In this document: piece after piece, positions 30,436 to 38,574 of the stretch
Position numbering within the stretch: position 1 is the stretch's first letter
How the letters are laid out: the number at the start of each line of letters is the position of its first letter
Source: Desulfobacterales bacterium
GTDB taxonomy: Bacteria; Desulfobacterota; Desulfobacteria; Desulfobacterales; UBA2245
Direction: 5' to 3'
DNA length: 49,908 bases
NCBI GenBank assembly: GCA_040771865.1
Contig: JAXGZF010000008.1
Location: 146,722-196,629 of the forward strand
Notes under the pieces: model-generated
Seen by the model: the letters and a program-made list of their open reading frames with translations, nothing else
Databases searched by the model: none
Told to the model about the DNA's origin: nothing
Translations under genes and position numbers: made by a program

Positions 30436-30612
30436 AAGAGCGCAAAGAACACCAAGAATAAAGAGAATTTGAATTACAAAGGGCGCGAAGAATCAAAAAG
30501 ACTGCATCAACACGAAGTCCACACTGTCCACAAAGTCCGCGAAGAATATAAGAATGGTGTCCCGCGAGGGTTCGAAGTAAACGAAGACTACAAAAGAAGT
30601 AATTCGCCAAGA
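30436..30612 (+). repeat. Degenerate NNCACGAAG repeat array (R0)
   Basis: ACACCAAGAATAAAGAG, GGGCGCGAAGAATCAAAA, CACGAAGTCCACACTGTCCACAAAGTCC; colinear with the array at 36545-36680. Confidence 0.7.
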
Positions 30613-30618
30613 AGGATG

Positions 30619-30692
30619 CAAGATCGAGCCGAATCCGGTCATTCACGGTTCGCTCATTCTTCCGGAGCGCAGGGCCCTGTTCCCAAAGGCCC
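30619..30692 (+). pseudogene. Fragment of an abiEii toxin gene
   Basis: 66/74 nt identical to 37972-38045 (KIEPNPVIxGSL region). Confidence 0.85.
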
Positions 30693-30799
30693 TGCAACCA
30701 TCTCTAAAAAAGAGACAATGGCATGGGGTGTGTCCGGACCGGAGCGGCAAGTGCCCGACCTGCAGCGCCGAAACCGCCGAATGGCGGAAGGACCACTGC

Positions 30800-31999
30800 T
30801 TATGGGCTTGTTCCGGCGTTCAGCCTGTGATCAGCGATCGACAATTCCAGATATCCGCCGGGGGCCAGGCTGGTTGCCAGCATGACGCTGTTTATATCCC
30901 GATGCTCGGTCCAGGTGCGGGACTTTCTGCGGGGCGGTTCAAGCCAGAATCTTTCGATGGTTTCACTTAAGGAAACATGGCGCTCGAGACGGTCGATCAG
31001 CACATGGGCCTTGTGATTTCCGGGAAACGAGTCGGGGTTTTTTAACATCCGATCCTTCATTCTTTCCACTGCATGCAGACCGGTTGCCATTCCCAATTCT
31101 CTGAAAGCGAGCCGGTAATCGTCCGGAAGCTTCCATGATGGGTCTCCCGCGATCGCATCCAAACCTGTTAATGAAGATTCCAGCAAAGCAAGAAACAGGT
31201 CGGTGTGCGCAAAACCGCCCCTCAGGTTCAGTTGCATGAGTCTGTATGCATTCCCCAGAAGGTCGCCGATTCCCAGAGGATCCCCGGTCACCCAGTTCTG
31301 TCCTTTGCAGAGGGCTTCCATGTCTGCGATTTCCGCATTAAGGACGGATTCCGTGTGCCCGGAAAGTTCGGATGCCGTGGATTGGATCTGCCTGTAGGTG
31401 ATCAGGCCGTCCTGCGGGTCGTGTTGCCCCATGAAGGGTAACAGCGGCGAGGAAAGATCGATCCGCATCTTCCAGTACATTCGTTTCATTCCGGATTTCA
31501 GGGTATGGACAAAACCGGTATGCGCCGTTCCGGCAAGTTCTGTGGCCCAGAAATTGAAAATGGGATCGCCGGTGGATCGAGTCATGCAATTGAGCGCGTG
31601 CATCCATTTCGTCAGGTAATGATAGTATTGTCCGTCCCGATTCCATTCCATCCGTTCGTCATAGACATCGGTGGATTTGCGTTCGCTCATCTCTTTTCCG
31701 ATGCGCAAACCACCGATCGTGGGATGCCGGGCGCCTTCTTCCTCGCCGAGATTGCTGATCCACCCGGTACGTGCGTCGTCCTGACGATGGCGTCCCAATA
31801 TGTAATGGACCTGATCGACCAGGTTGAAGGCCGTTTTCCGCCAGTGTTCATCTCCGGTTTGTCGATAAAGTTCCAGGAAATTACATACCGCAAAAGCATC
31901 CGTCCACAGGTATCGCCGTGGAGGCTTTCCGGACGTGGAAAGTCCGGTGGAATGCATAAAATCGGTCATGATTGTTTTAAGAATGGACAGGGAATTCAT
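30800..31999 (-). CDS. Conserved hypothetical protein (possibly alpha/alpha-barrel)
   Basis: 399-aa ORF with RRYLWTDAFAVCNFL, DGQYYHYLTKWMHAL, HRDINSVMLATSL; function not assignable from sequence. Confidence 0.75.
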   Translation of the reverse strand: MNSLSILKTIMTDFMHSTGLSTSGKPPRRYLWTDAFAVCNFLELYRQTGDEHWRKTAFNLVDQVHYILGRHRQDDARTGWISNLGEEEGARHPTIGGLRIGKEMSERKSTDVYDERMEWNRDGQYYHYLTKWMHALNCMTRSTGDPIFNFWATELAGTAHTGFVHTLKSGMKRMYWKMRIDLSSPLLPFMGQHDPQDGLITYRQIQSTASELSGHTESVLNAEIADMEALCKGQNWVTGDPLGIGDLLGNAYRLMQLNLRGGFAHTDLFLALLESSLTGLDAIAGDPSWKLPDDYRLAFRELGMATGLHAVERMKDRMLKNPDSFPGNHKAHVLIDRLERHVSLSETIERFWLEPPRRKSRTWTEHRDINSVMLATSLAPGGYLELSIADHRLNAGTSP

Positions 32000-32016
32000 A
32001 GGCCTTTCGAAACTGT

Positions 32017-32845
32017 TCAGTTTTTTAAAAGTTTTCGAACCTCCTTCTCATCCAGGTCATACCAGTGTCTGTAGGCCTCGGCCACGGCAAAAGAGTATGC
32101 GGTTCGAATGTTGGGGCAGAAAATTTTATCCACTTCCGCTGATATGTGCTCAATCGTGCGCAGCGGGGCAGTGGGAACGGCCACAACCGTTTCGCGTGCG
32201 CCGGCTTTTTTGACCATGTGGACCGCGGCCAGCATGGTGAAACCGGAGGCCAGACCGTCATCCACCAGAATGACCTTTTTCCCGGCAAGATCCGGAAAGG
32301 GGCGACCCTCTCGAAACCGGGCATTTCTATCTTCAAGCTCGATTCTGACCCGTGCTTTCTCCGCCTCGATCTGCGAATCCCTTAACAGGGTGTTGAAAAA
32401 CAAGGATCAGGCAGTCAGGCAAGGCGCGCGGCGATACGACAAGCGCAGCATATTCTCAAGCATATGTGAGCATTGGCGAGAGCCGTGCAACGCTGAATGG
32501 CGGCCTCAGACGCAGTTTTTCAACAGCTTGTTAAACGCAGCCCCGCAAAAGGGGCTCATTAAAGAAGGTCGTACCATCAATGGCCATGGCGCCGAAACCG
32601 GCTTCCGGGTTTCCCGGAATCTTCAATTTCCTCACAATGATCAGATCAAAGGAAAGGCCCAATATGTCCCGCACCTTAATTCCCACCGGAACGCCGCCCG
32701 CGGGAACAGCAAGGACCATTCCTTTCTCGATATGCGCGTATTCGGGTTCCAACATCCTTGCCAGTATTTCTCCCGCCTCAAAACGATCTGGAAACAGGTA
32801 GCGCCGATCACGAAATTTTTCTATTTCATGGATTGCTGTCCTCAT
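32017..32845 (-). pseudogene. Phosphoribosyltransferase-family gene split by MITE copy D (plus 1-nt frameshift)
   Basis: N-half FPDRFEAG, AVPAGGVPVG, VRKLKIPGNPEAGFGA (32531-32845); C-half VILVDDGLASGFT PRPP loop (32017-32385). Confidence 0.9.
32386..32530. mobile_element. MITE copy D (145 bp, TTAA target duplication)
   Basis: TTAA|CAGGGTGTTGAAAAAC...GTTTTTCAACAGCTTG|TTAA inside a CDS. Confidence 0.92.
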
Positions 32846-33278
32846 GTTTCACCTGCCGGTTGCATGGCCGATCCATGGTGGAAGAAAGCGCCGAACCCAT
32901 AACGTTTTCTTCTGAGACCCGGTGCGGCCCGGAACATTGATATGCTTCAGGCGGCAGGGGCACAGGGGGACATTCGCTGTCTTGATGGTATCGGGTGTTG
33001 ATCAAACCACGGGGAAATCGCCCGAATGGGTCTGCTTGTTGACGGCGGTTTCGAGAACGCGGTGTATGATTTAAAATATCACCTGCGGGGTCTTGCCGTC
33101 CAGATCTTTTGCCGCGTCAGATTTGATATGGGTTATGCTGATGCCGCAAACCGCTTCTCCCAGTTTTCATTAGGGAGCCGCTCATCCACGGATGTCGCTG
33201 TCATTTTTAACGCTTTTATTTATTGCTGCGGGTGGTCTGCGGATGATTCAGCAAACTGTAAAGGCTTGAAAATAAAAA

Positions 33279-33376
33279 TGGCGGAAGTGCATGGGAATCG
33301 AACCCACCCGGGACGGTATTAGCGCCCCACACCGGATTTGAAGTCCGGGAGCCCCACCAGTGAGCTGCGCACTTCC
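33279..33376 (-). tRNA. selC: tRNA-Sec(TCA)
   Basis: Minus strand GGAAGTGC...CCGGACTTCAAATCCGG...GGTTCGATTCCCATGCACTTCCGCCA; 8-bp acceptor stem, UCA anticodon, long variable arm. Confidence 0.96.
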
Positions 33377-33382
33377 GGAAGT

Positions 33383-33411
33383 TTATTAACGGGTCGTGTT
33401 GTTTTTGTCAA
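33383..33411 (-). promoter_or_regulatory. sigma70 promoter of selC
   Basis: Minus strand TTGACA-17 nt-TAATAA immediately upstream of the tRNA. Confidence 0.7.
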
Positions 33412-33437
33412 CGGGTTTGTCGTTCGCGCGGCTTCAG

Positions 33438-33790
33438 CCCGGAAGGTTGCAAAGAATAAAGAGCTTGAACCACGAAGTTCACAGAGAACTCGAAGATTGA
33501 AGAGAATGCTTCACCGCGAAGGTTGCGAAGGACATGAAGAAAAGAGAGCTTGAACCACGAAATTTGAAGCAGAACCGCCTGCGGATATGATCCAATCAGG
33601 CAAAACGCTAATTGTCTCCTTTAAAAACTGAATCATTGCAAGTAATTACATTACTTTACATTCATTATAAAAAAAGCATAAAAAACATAAAATAAAGTCT
33701 TCATTCCGCTAAACTTTCTTGACCTTTGTGGTAAAAAAAGCTTTCGTTCTAACCGAACCTTCGAGCCATTCATGACCTTGGCGGTAAAAC
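33438..33790. repeat. NNCACGAAG array R1: forward arm, AT-rich core, inverted arm
   Basis: ACCACGAAG-TTCACAGAG-AACTCGAAG etc. (33438-33562); CTTTGTGGT and CTTGGCGGT inverted units (33713-33790). Confidence 0.8.
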
Positions 33791-33913
33791 GAATTGATCA
33801 GGCGCGGTGTAACGGCAAGGCCAGCGGACATTTTTCAGGACAAATTCTGTTTGATAAATTATGATTATGCTGTATTTATATGGTGTTATTAAATCATATA
33901 ACCGGACATTATT

Positions 33914-35116
33914 ATGGACATTTCTGAAGACGAAGGATTATCCGTTAATTTCACGAGACGCATCGAAACCGCACGCTTCGGCCTGTTTATCTTTCAAGTC
34001 GGCGTGGATGAACATGAGGCGGCCATGCCGTTGCAGCGGGTTGCCGATGCGCAGGAGCGATTCCTGAGCGCCCTCCTTTTCCAGGTGGAGAGCCTTCTGG
34101 AGCAGGAAGTTCTGGTCAGCAGCATCTTTAGCACCAATACCATTGAAGGAGGCACGCTGACCGAAGAAGAAACCAAAGACGCGCTCACGCTCGACCCCGC
34201 GGAGGTGCAGGCCGTAGAACAGCGGCGAGCCGTCAACATCAAGACCGCATATGACATCGCCCGGAAATCGGCGCAAGACCCTGGCTGGCGTTTGTCGGTG
34301 GATTTCATCAAGCAGATCCATGCTCTGATTACCGACGGTATTCCCCACAAACGCAACCGGCCCGGACAGATCCGGAACAACCCCAAAAGCATCGTGACCT
34401 ATGTCGGCGATACGGCTCACGGCGGGCGTTATAATCCGCCGCAGTACGAAGGAGACATAGCGCTTCTGCTCGATCATCTGACAATCTGGCACGACGAGTT
34501 GTTTACCGCTGAAATACCGGCTCTGATTCGCGCGCCCCTGACGCATTACTATTTTGAATTGATTCATCCTTTCTGGGACGGCAATGGCCGCGTCGGGCGG
34601 GTGCTCGAAGCGACCGTGCTTCATGCCGCCGGCTTCCGCTACGCCCCCTTTGCCGTGGCGCGCTACTACATGGAGCGGATCGATGAGTACTTTACCCTGT
34701 TCAATCTATGCCGCAAACAGGCGGACAAAAAAACGGCATACCCAAACACCCCTTTTGTCCTGTTTCACCTCGACGGAATGCTGGCCGGCATCAACCGCCT
34801 TCACGACCGGCTGAACGTCATGGTTCAATTTTTGCTTTTTGAAACAAGAATCAAGCAGCTGCGCGACGCAAAAAAAATCAATCCGCGCCAGTACGTCATT
34901 CTGACCCAGGTGATGGAGCGGGACAAACCCTTCAGAATAGGTGAACTGCGCCGGGCGCCGTGGTATGAGGCGCTTTATGCCAAACTGGGCGACAAGACCC
35001 GACAGCGGGACTTGAGCGGACTTTGTGAGCAGGCGCTTCTGTATATTGATGAGAAAGGCCTCGTCCGGCCGGGGTTTTTTGAGATCGGACTGAACATACG
35101 ACACAGAATAAGCTAA
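33914..35116 (+). CDS. Fic-family protein (AMPylase, class II-like)
   Basis: HPFWDGNGRVGR Fic motif; N-terminal TNTIEG inhibitory-helix motif; start codon uncertain. Confidence 0.9.
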   Translation: MDISEDEGLSVNFTRRIETARFGLFIFQVGVDEHEAAMPLQRVADAQERFLSALLFQVESLLEQEVLVSSIFSTNTIEGGTLTEEETKDALTLDPAEVQAVEQRRAVNIKTAYDIARKSAQDPGWRLSVDFIKQIHALITDGIPHKRNRPGQIRNNPKSIVTYVGDTAHGGRYNPPQYEGDIALLLDHLTIWHDELFTAEIPALIRAPLTHYYFELIHPFWDGNGRVGRVLEATVLHAAGFRYAPFAVARYYMERIDEYFTLFNLCRKQADKKTAYPNTPFVLFHLDGMLAGINRLHDRLNVMVQFLLFETRIKQLRDAKKINPRQYVILTQVMERDKPFRIGELRRAPWYEALYAKLGDKTRQRDLSGLCEQALLYIDEKGLVRPGFFEIGLNIRHRIS

Positions 35117-35151
35117 AAATTGCGCTGTGCGCAACGTGAAACGGAATGGGT

Positions 35152-35285
35152 CCACCACGAAGATTGAAGAGAAGTGCTTCACCACGAAGGGCACGAAGAA
35201 AAAAGGAATGAAGCCCTAAATCTTCGCGCCCTTTGTGGTAAAAAACAAAAAAATCTTCACGACCTTCATGCCCCTCGTGGTAAAA
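35152..35285. repeat. NNCACGAAG array R2 (forward and inverted arms, palindromic)
   Basis: ACCACGAAG...ACCACGAAGGGCACGAAG / CTTCGCGCCCTTTGTGGT...CTTCATGCCCCTCGTGGT. Confidence 0.8.
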
Positions 35286-35335
35286 TAACATCTCATTTGT
35301 GGTCAAATAAAACGGCAATAAAAGGAGAATCCGGA

Positions 35336-36520
35336 ATGCTGGCCTATTTCGACTGTTTTTCCGGCATCAGCGGGGATATGACCCTGGGCGCCCTGATCGA
35401 TCTCGGGGTGCCGGAGACATGGCTCATACAGAATCTGGAGCAAATTCCTCTCAAGGATTTCGAGCTGTCTACGGAGCGAACCACCCGAAAGGGAATTTCC
35501 GGGGTTCGAGTGCGGGTGCGTTCATTCGAAAAAGTGACTCACCGGCATTATGCGGACATCGTTTCCCTGATTCGGGGAAGCGGGCTTTCCGGGCGCGTTC
35601 AACAGCTGAGCCTGGACATGTTCGACCGGATCGCGACGGCCGAGGCCGCCGTTCACGGATGCGACAAGCAGCATGTGCATTTTCACGAGGTCGGCGCCGT
35701 GGATGCCATCGTGGATATTGTCGGAACCTGCCTCTGCCTGGAATACCTGAACATTTCGCGGGTGATCGGTTCCCGGCTTCTGCTGGGCTCGGGGTTTGTG
35801 ACCTGCGCGCACGGAACCCTGCCGGTACCAGCGCCCGCAGTGCTTGAAATTCTTAAGAACGTTCCGGTGTGCGGGGCCGATACAGGCCATGAACTGGTCA
35901 CGCCCACGGGCGCGACCATTATCGCCTCCATTGCCGAATCGTTTGCGCTCATGCCCGACATGCGCGTTGAAAAAATCGGATACGGGGCCGGGCAACGGGA
36001 TCTGGAAGACCGGCCGAACCTGCTTCGGGTCGTGATGGGAAACGATGATGCCTCGTCTGCCGAGGGCCGGGATTCGGTCGCGGTCATTGAAACGTGCATC
36101 GACGACATGAATCCGGAAATCTTCGGGTTTGTAATGGACCGGCTCTTTGAAGCAGGGGCCCTGGATGTGAGCTGGACCCCGGTTTTCATGAAGAAAAACC
36201 GGCCGGCAACGAAAGTTGAGGTCCTCTGCCCGCCGGACAAAAAAGAAGCCGTGATGCAGTGCCTCTTCAACGAAACCACCACGCTGGGAATCCGGTATTC
36301 CGAAATCCGGCGAAGGATTCTGGAACGTAAAGCCGAAACGGTGGACAGCGTTTACGGGCCGGTTGTTGTCAAACGGATCCGGCAGGCGGACGGCACCGAG
36401 CGCCTGGCGCCGGAGTACGAGGCGTGCAGACGCATTGCGCTTGAAAAAAACATACCCGTTCGCGTTGTCTACGACGCCGTGATCGAAAAATGCCTTCAGG
36501 CCGACAGGGCAGGGAAGTGA
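35336..36520 (+). CDS. larC: Nickel pincer cofactor biosynthesis protein LarC
   Basis: YFDCFSGISGDMTLGAL, VHFHEVGAVDAIVD, HGTLPVPAPA, TPTGA, MKKNRP, PEYE; AGGAG RBS, ATG at 35336. Confidence 0.94.
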   Translation: MLAYFDCFSGISGDMTLGALIDLGVPETWLIQNLEQIPLKDFELSTERTTRKGISGVRVRVRSFEKVTHRHYADIVSLIRGSGLSGRVQQLSLDMFDRIATAEAAVHGCDKQHVHFHEVGAVDAIVDIVGTCLCLEYLNISRVIGSRLLLGSGFVTCAHGTLPVPAPAVLEILKNVPVCGADTGHELVTPTGATIIASIAESFALMPDMRVEKIGYGAGQRDLEDRPNLLRVVMGNDDASSAEGRDSVAVIETCIDDMNPEIFGFVMDRLFEAGALDVSWTPVFMKKNRPATKVEVLCPPDKKEAVMQCLFNETTTLGIRYSEIRRRILERKAETVDSVYGPVVVKRIRQADGTERLAPEYEACRRIALEKNIPVRVVYDAVIEKCLQADRAGK

Positions 36521-36531
36521 TTCGCCATGAA

Positions 36532-36735
36532 AAATAAAAGAGCCTGAACCACGAAGGGCACGAAGGACACCAAGAATAAAAGAGTTCTACACCACGAAGG
36601 TTACGAAGGGCACGAAAAATCAAAAGGGCTTCACCACAAAGTCCGCAATGTCCACAAAGTCCACGGTAAATAAAAGAATTTTGAACCACGGAGTTCACGA
36701 AGGACACGAAGAATAAAGAGCTTGAACCACGAAGG
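36532..36735 (+). repeat. NNCACGAAG array R3 (forward arm, about 5 units of ~42 bp)
   Basis: Unit = AATAAAAGAGCTTGA-like linker + ACCACGAAG + 2-3 further NNCACGAAG 9-mers. Confidence 0.85.
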
Positions 36736-36817
36736 TGTGGTAGAAAAATCGTTCTTGTCCGGCCTGCATCGCGGTTTGATAATATTTATCCATGGAGAGT
36801 AAAGCTCTACTAAAACG

Positions 36818-36858
36818 AACATATTCAAACCAAAACTTGACATCGGTTTAAATATATT
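36818..36858. promoter_or_regulatory. Inverted-repeat operator around the -35 box of abiE
   Basis: AACATATTCAAACCAA ... TCGGTTTAAATATATT (13/16) bracketing TTGACA at 36837. Confidence 0.55.
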
Positions 36859-36863
36859 GTTAA

Positions 36864-37652
36864 TTGACGACTATGGATACTGATATAAAGACAAAAATAA
36901 ACCGCCTCATAAGCCAGTGGACGATGGGCGCCCCCAGCACCACTTCTTTTATGGTTGCTTCCGGCTTCAGTCGTGATCTGCTCGTCAAATACAAGAACAG
37001 CGGCTGGCTGGAGCCCTTTGGACGGGGCGCCTACATACGCTGCGGAGACAAGGTTGACTGGCCGGGCGCTCTTTTTACGCTTCAGAGACAACTGGGCCTC
37101 CCTGTGCACGCAGGGGGGAAAACGGCGCTGGAGCGAAAGGGCTATGCCCACTACCTGCCGGAAAGGCAAACGAGGATCTTTCTATATGGCCCGCGCGGAC
37201 TCATCCTGCCGGCCTGGTTCAGGGGCGATCGTTTGGGAGTCGATTTCGTGGTGACACGAACGAATCTCTTTCCGCCGGAAAATCATGAAGGCTTTTCCGA
37301 ATTCAAGGAGAAGGACTTTTCCGTTCGGATATCGGCGCCGGAACGAGCGATGCTGGAGATGCTTCATCTGGTTCCCCGAAAGGTCGGGTTCGATGAGGCC
37401 CGTTTGGTCATGGGAAACCTGGTCGCGCTGAGGCCGGAACTCGTCCAGAGATTGCTGGAGGAATGCCGTTCGGTCAAGGTGAAAAGGCTCTTTCTTTATA
37501 TGGCCGAGAGCCAGGAACACGCCTGGCTTTCAAAAGTGGATTTGTCAAAAGTCGATCTCGGGAAGGGAAAACGGATGATCGTCTCGCATGGCCGATATGA
37601 TCCAAAATATCGCATCACCGTCCCCGTTGATCGAGAAGAAATGACCCGATGA
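36864..37652 (+). CDS. abiEi: Type IV TA antitoxin, AbiEi family
   Basis: SGWLEPFGRGAY, HAGGKTALE, ISAPERAMLEML, CRSVKVKRLFLYMAE, DLGKGKR. Confidence 0.88.
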   Translation: MTTMDTDIKTKINRLISQWTMGAPSTTSFMVASGFSRDLLVKYKNSGWLEPFGRGAYIRCGDKVDWPGALFTLQRQLGLPVHAGGKTALERKGYAHYLPERQTRIFLYGPRGLILPAWFRGDRLGVDFVVTRTNLFPPENHEGFSEFKEKDFSVRISAPERAMLEMLHLVPRKVGFDEARLVMGNLVALRPELVQRLLEECRSVKVKRLFLYMAESQEHAWLSKVDLSKVDLGKGKRMIVSHGRYDPKYRITVPVDREEMTR

Positions 37653-38566
37653 TTGACAACGTGTACTTCAGACAAGCCGAACTGCTCCTGCGGGTTCTGC
37701 CGCTGGTCGATCGTGAGGCCGTCTTTGCCCTGAAGGGCGGGACGGCCATCAATTTTTTCTTCAGAAATCTTCCGCGTGTTTCCGTTGACATCGATCTTGC
37801 CTATATTCCCATAGGCGAACGCGATTTGTCGCTTCGCGAGATCAGCAATGCTCTGATCCGTATTTCCCGGAATGTCGAAAGCCGAATTCCGAAGACGAAG
37901 ATTTTTCCCAAGAAGATCAAAGGTGGTGAACTTTGGAGCGGATGTTTGGTTCAACGAAAGGATGCGACGATCAAGATCGAGCCGAATCCGGTCATTCGCG
38001 GTTCGCTTTTTCCCCCGGAACGCAGGACCCTGTCCCCAAAGGCCCGAAACGTATTTGAACTTTCCGTGGAGTGTCGAACCCTTGTGGAAGATGAGCTTTA
38101 CGCAGGGAAGATCTGTGCCGTCCTGGATCGTCAGCACCCACGAGATCTCTTCGATGTCATGATGCTTTTCAGAGAGAGGGCCTTGAACGACGACATGCGA
38201 AAGGCGTTTATCGTTTACCTGATCAGCCATGACCGGCCGATGGTGGAAATCCTCAATCCGGGATTCGCCGATATCCGCCCAGCCTTCGAAACCGAATTTC
38301 GAGATATGGCTTCGGAAAAGGTGACCTGCGAGGACTTGGAGAAGACCAGAGAAAAACTGGTCTCCATGATTGCGAGAGAACTGACCCTTCAGGAAAAGCA
38401 ATTCATCGTATCAGTCAAAGAGGGGATGCCGCAATGGGAACTGATCGGCTTGGAAGGGGTCAGAAACCTGCCCGCCGTCCAGTGGAAACTCTTGAATATC
38501 GGTCGAATGGCTCCGGCCAAGCATCGACAAGCTCTTCGTAAATTGAGAGATTATCTGGCCGTATAG
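37649..38566 (+). CDS. abiEii: Type IV TA toxin, AbiEii/AbiGii nucleotidyltransferase
   Basis: FALKGGTAIN, RVSVDIDL, GKICAVLDRQHPRDLFD; ATGA overlap with the antitoxin. Confidence 0.92.
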   Translation: MIDNVYFRQAELLLRVLPLVDREAVFALKGGTAINFFFRNLPRVSVDIDLAYIPIGERDLSLREISNALIRISRNVESRIPKTKIFPKKIKGGELWSGCLVQRKDATIKIEPNPVIRGSLFPPERRTLSPKARNVFELSVECRTLVEDELYAGKICAVLDRQHPRDLFDVMMLFRERALNDDMRKAFIVYLISHDRPMVEILNPGFADIRPAFETEFRDMASEKVTCEDLEKTREKLVSMIARELTLQEKQFIVSVKEGMPQWELIGLEGVRNLPAVQWKLLNIGRMAPAKHRQALRKLRDYLAV

Positions 38567-38574
38567 GCTGCCGT

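Noticed and set aside
30400..30885. 161-aa ORF across MITE C, array R0 and the abiEii fragment
   Set aside because: A chimera of non-coding elements; the abiEii piece is read in a different frame
32850..33270. Possible gene between the PRTase pseudogene and selC (33026-33322 +)
   Set aside because: Overlaps tRNA-Sec and has no recognisable motifs
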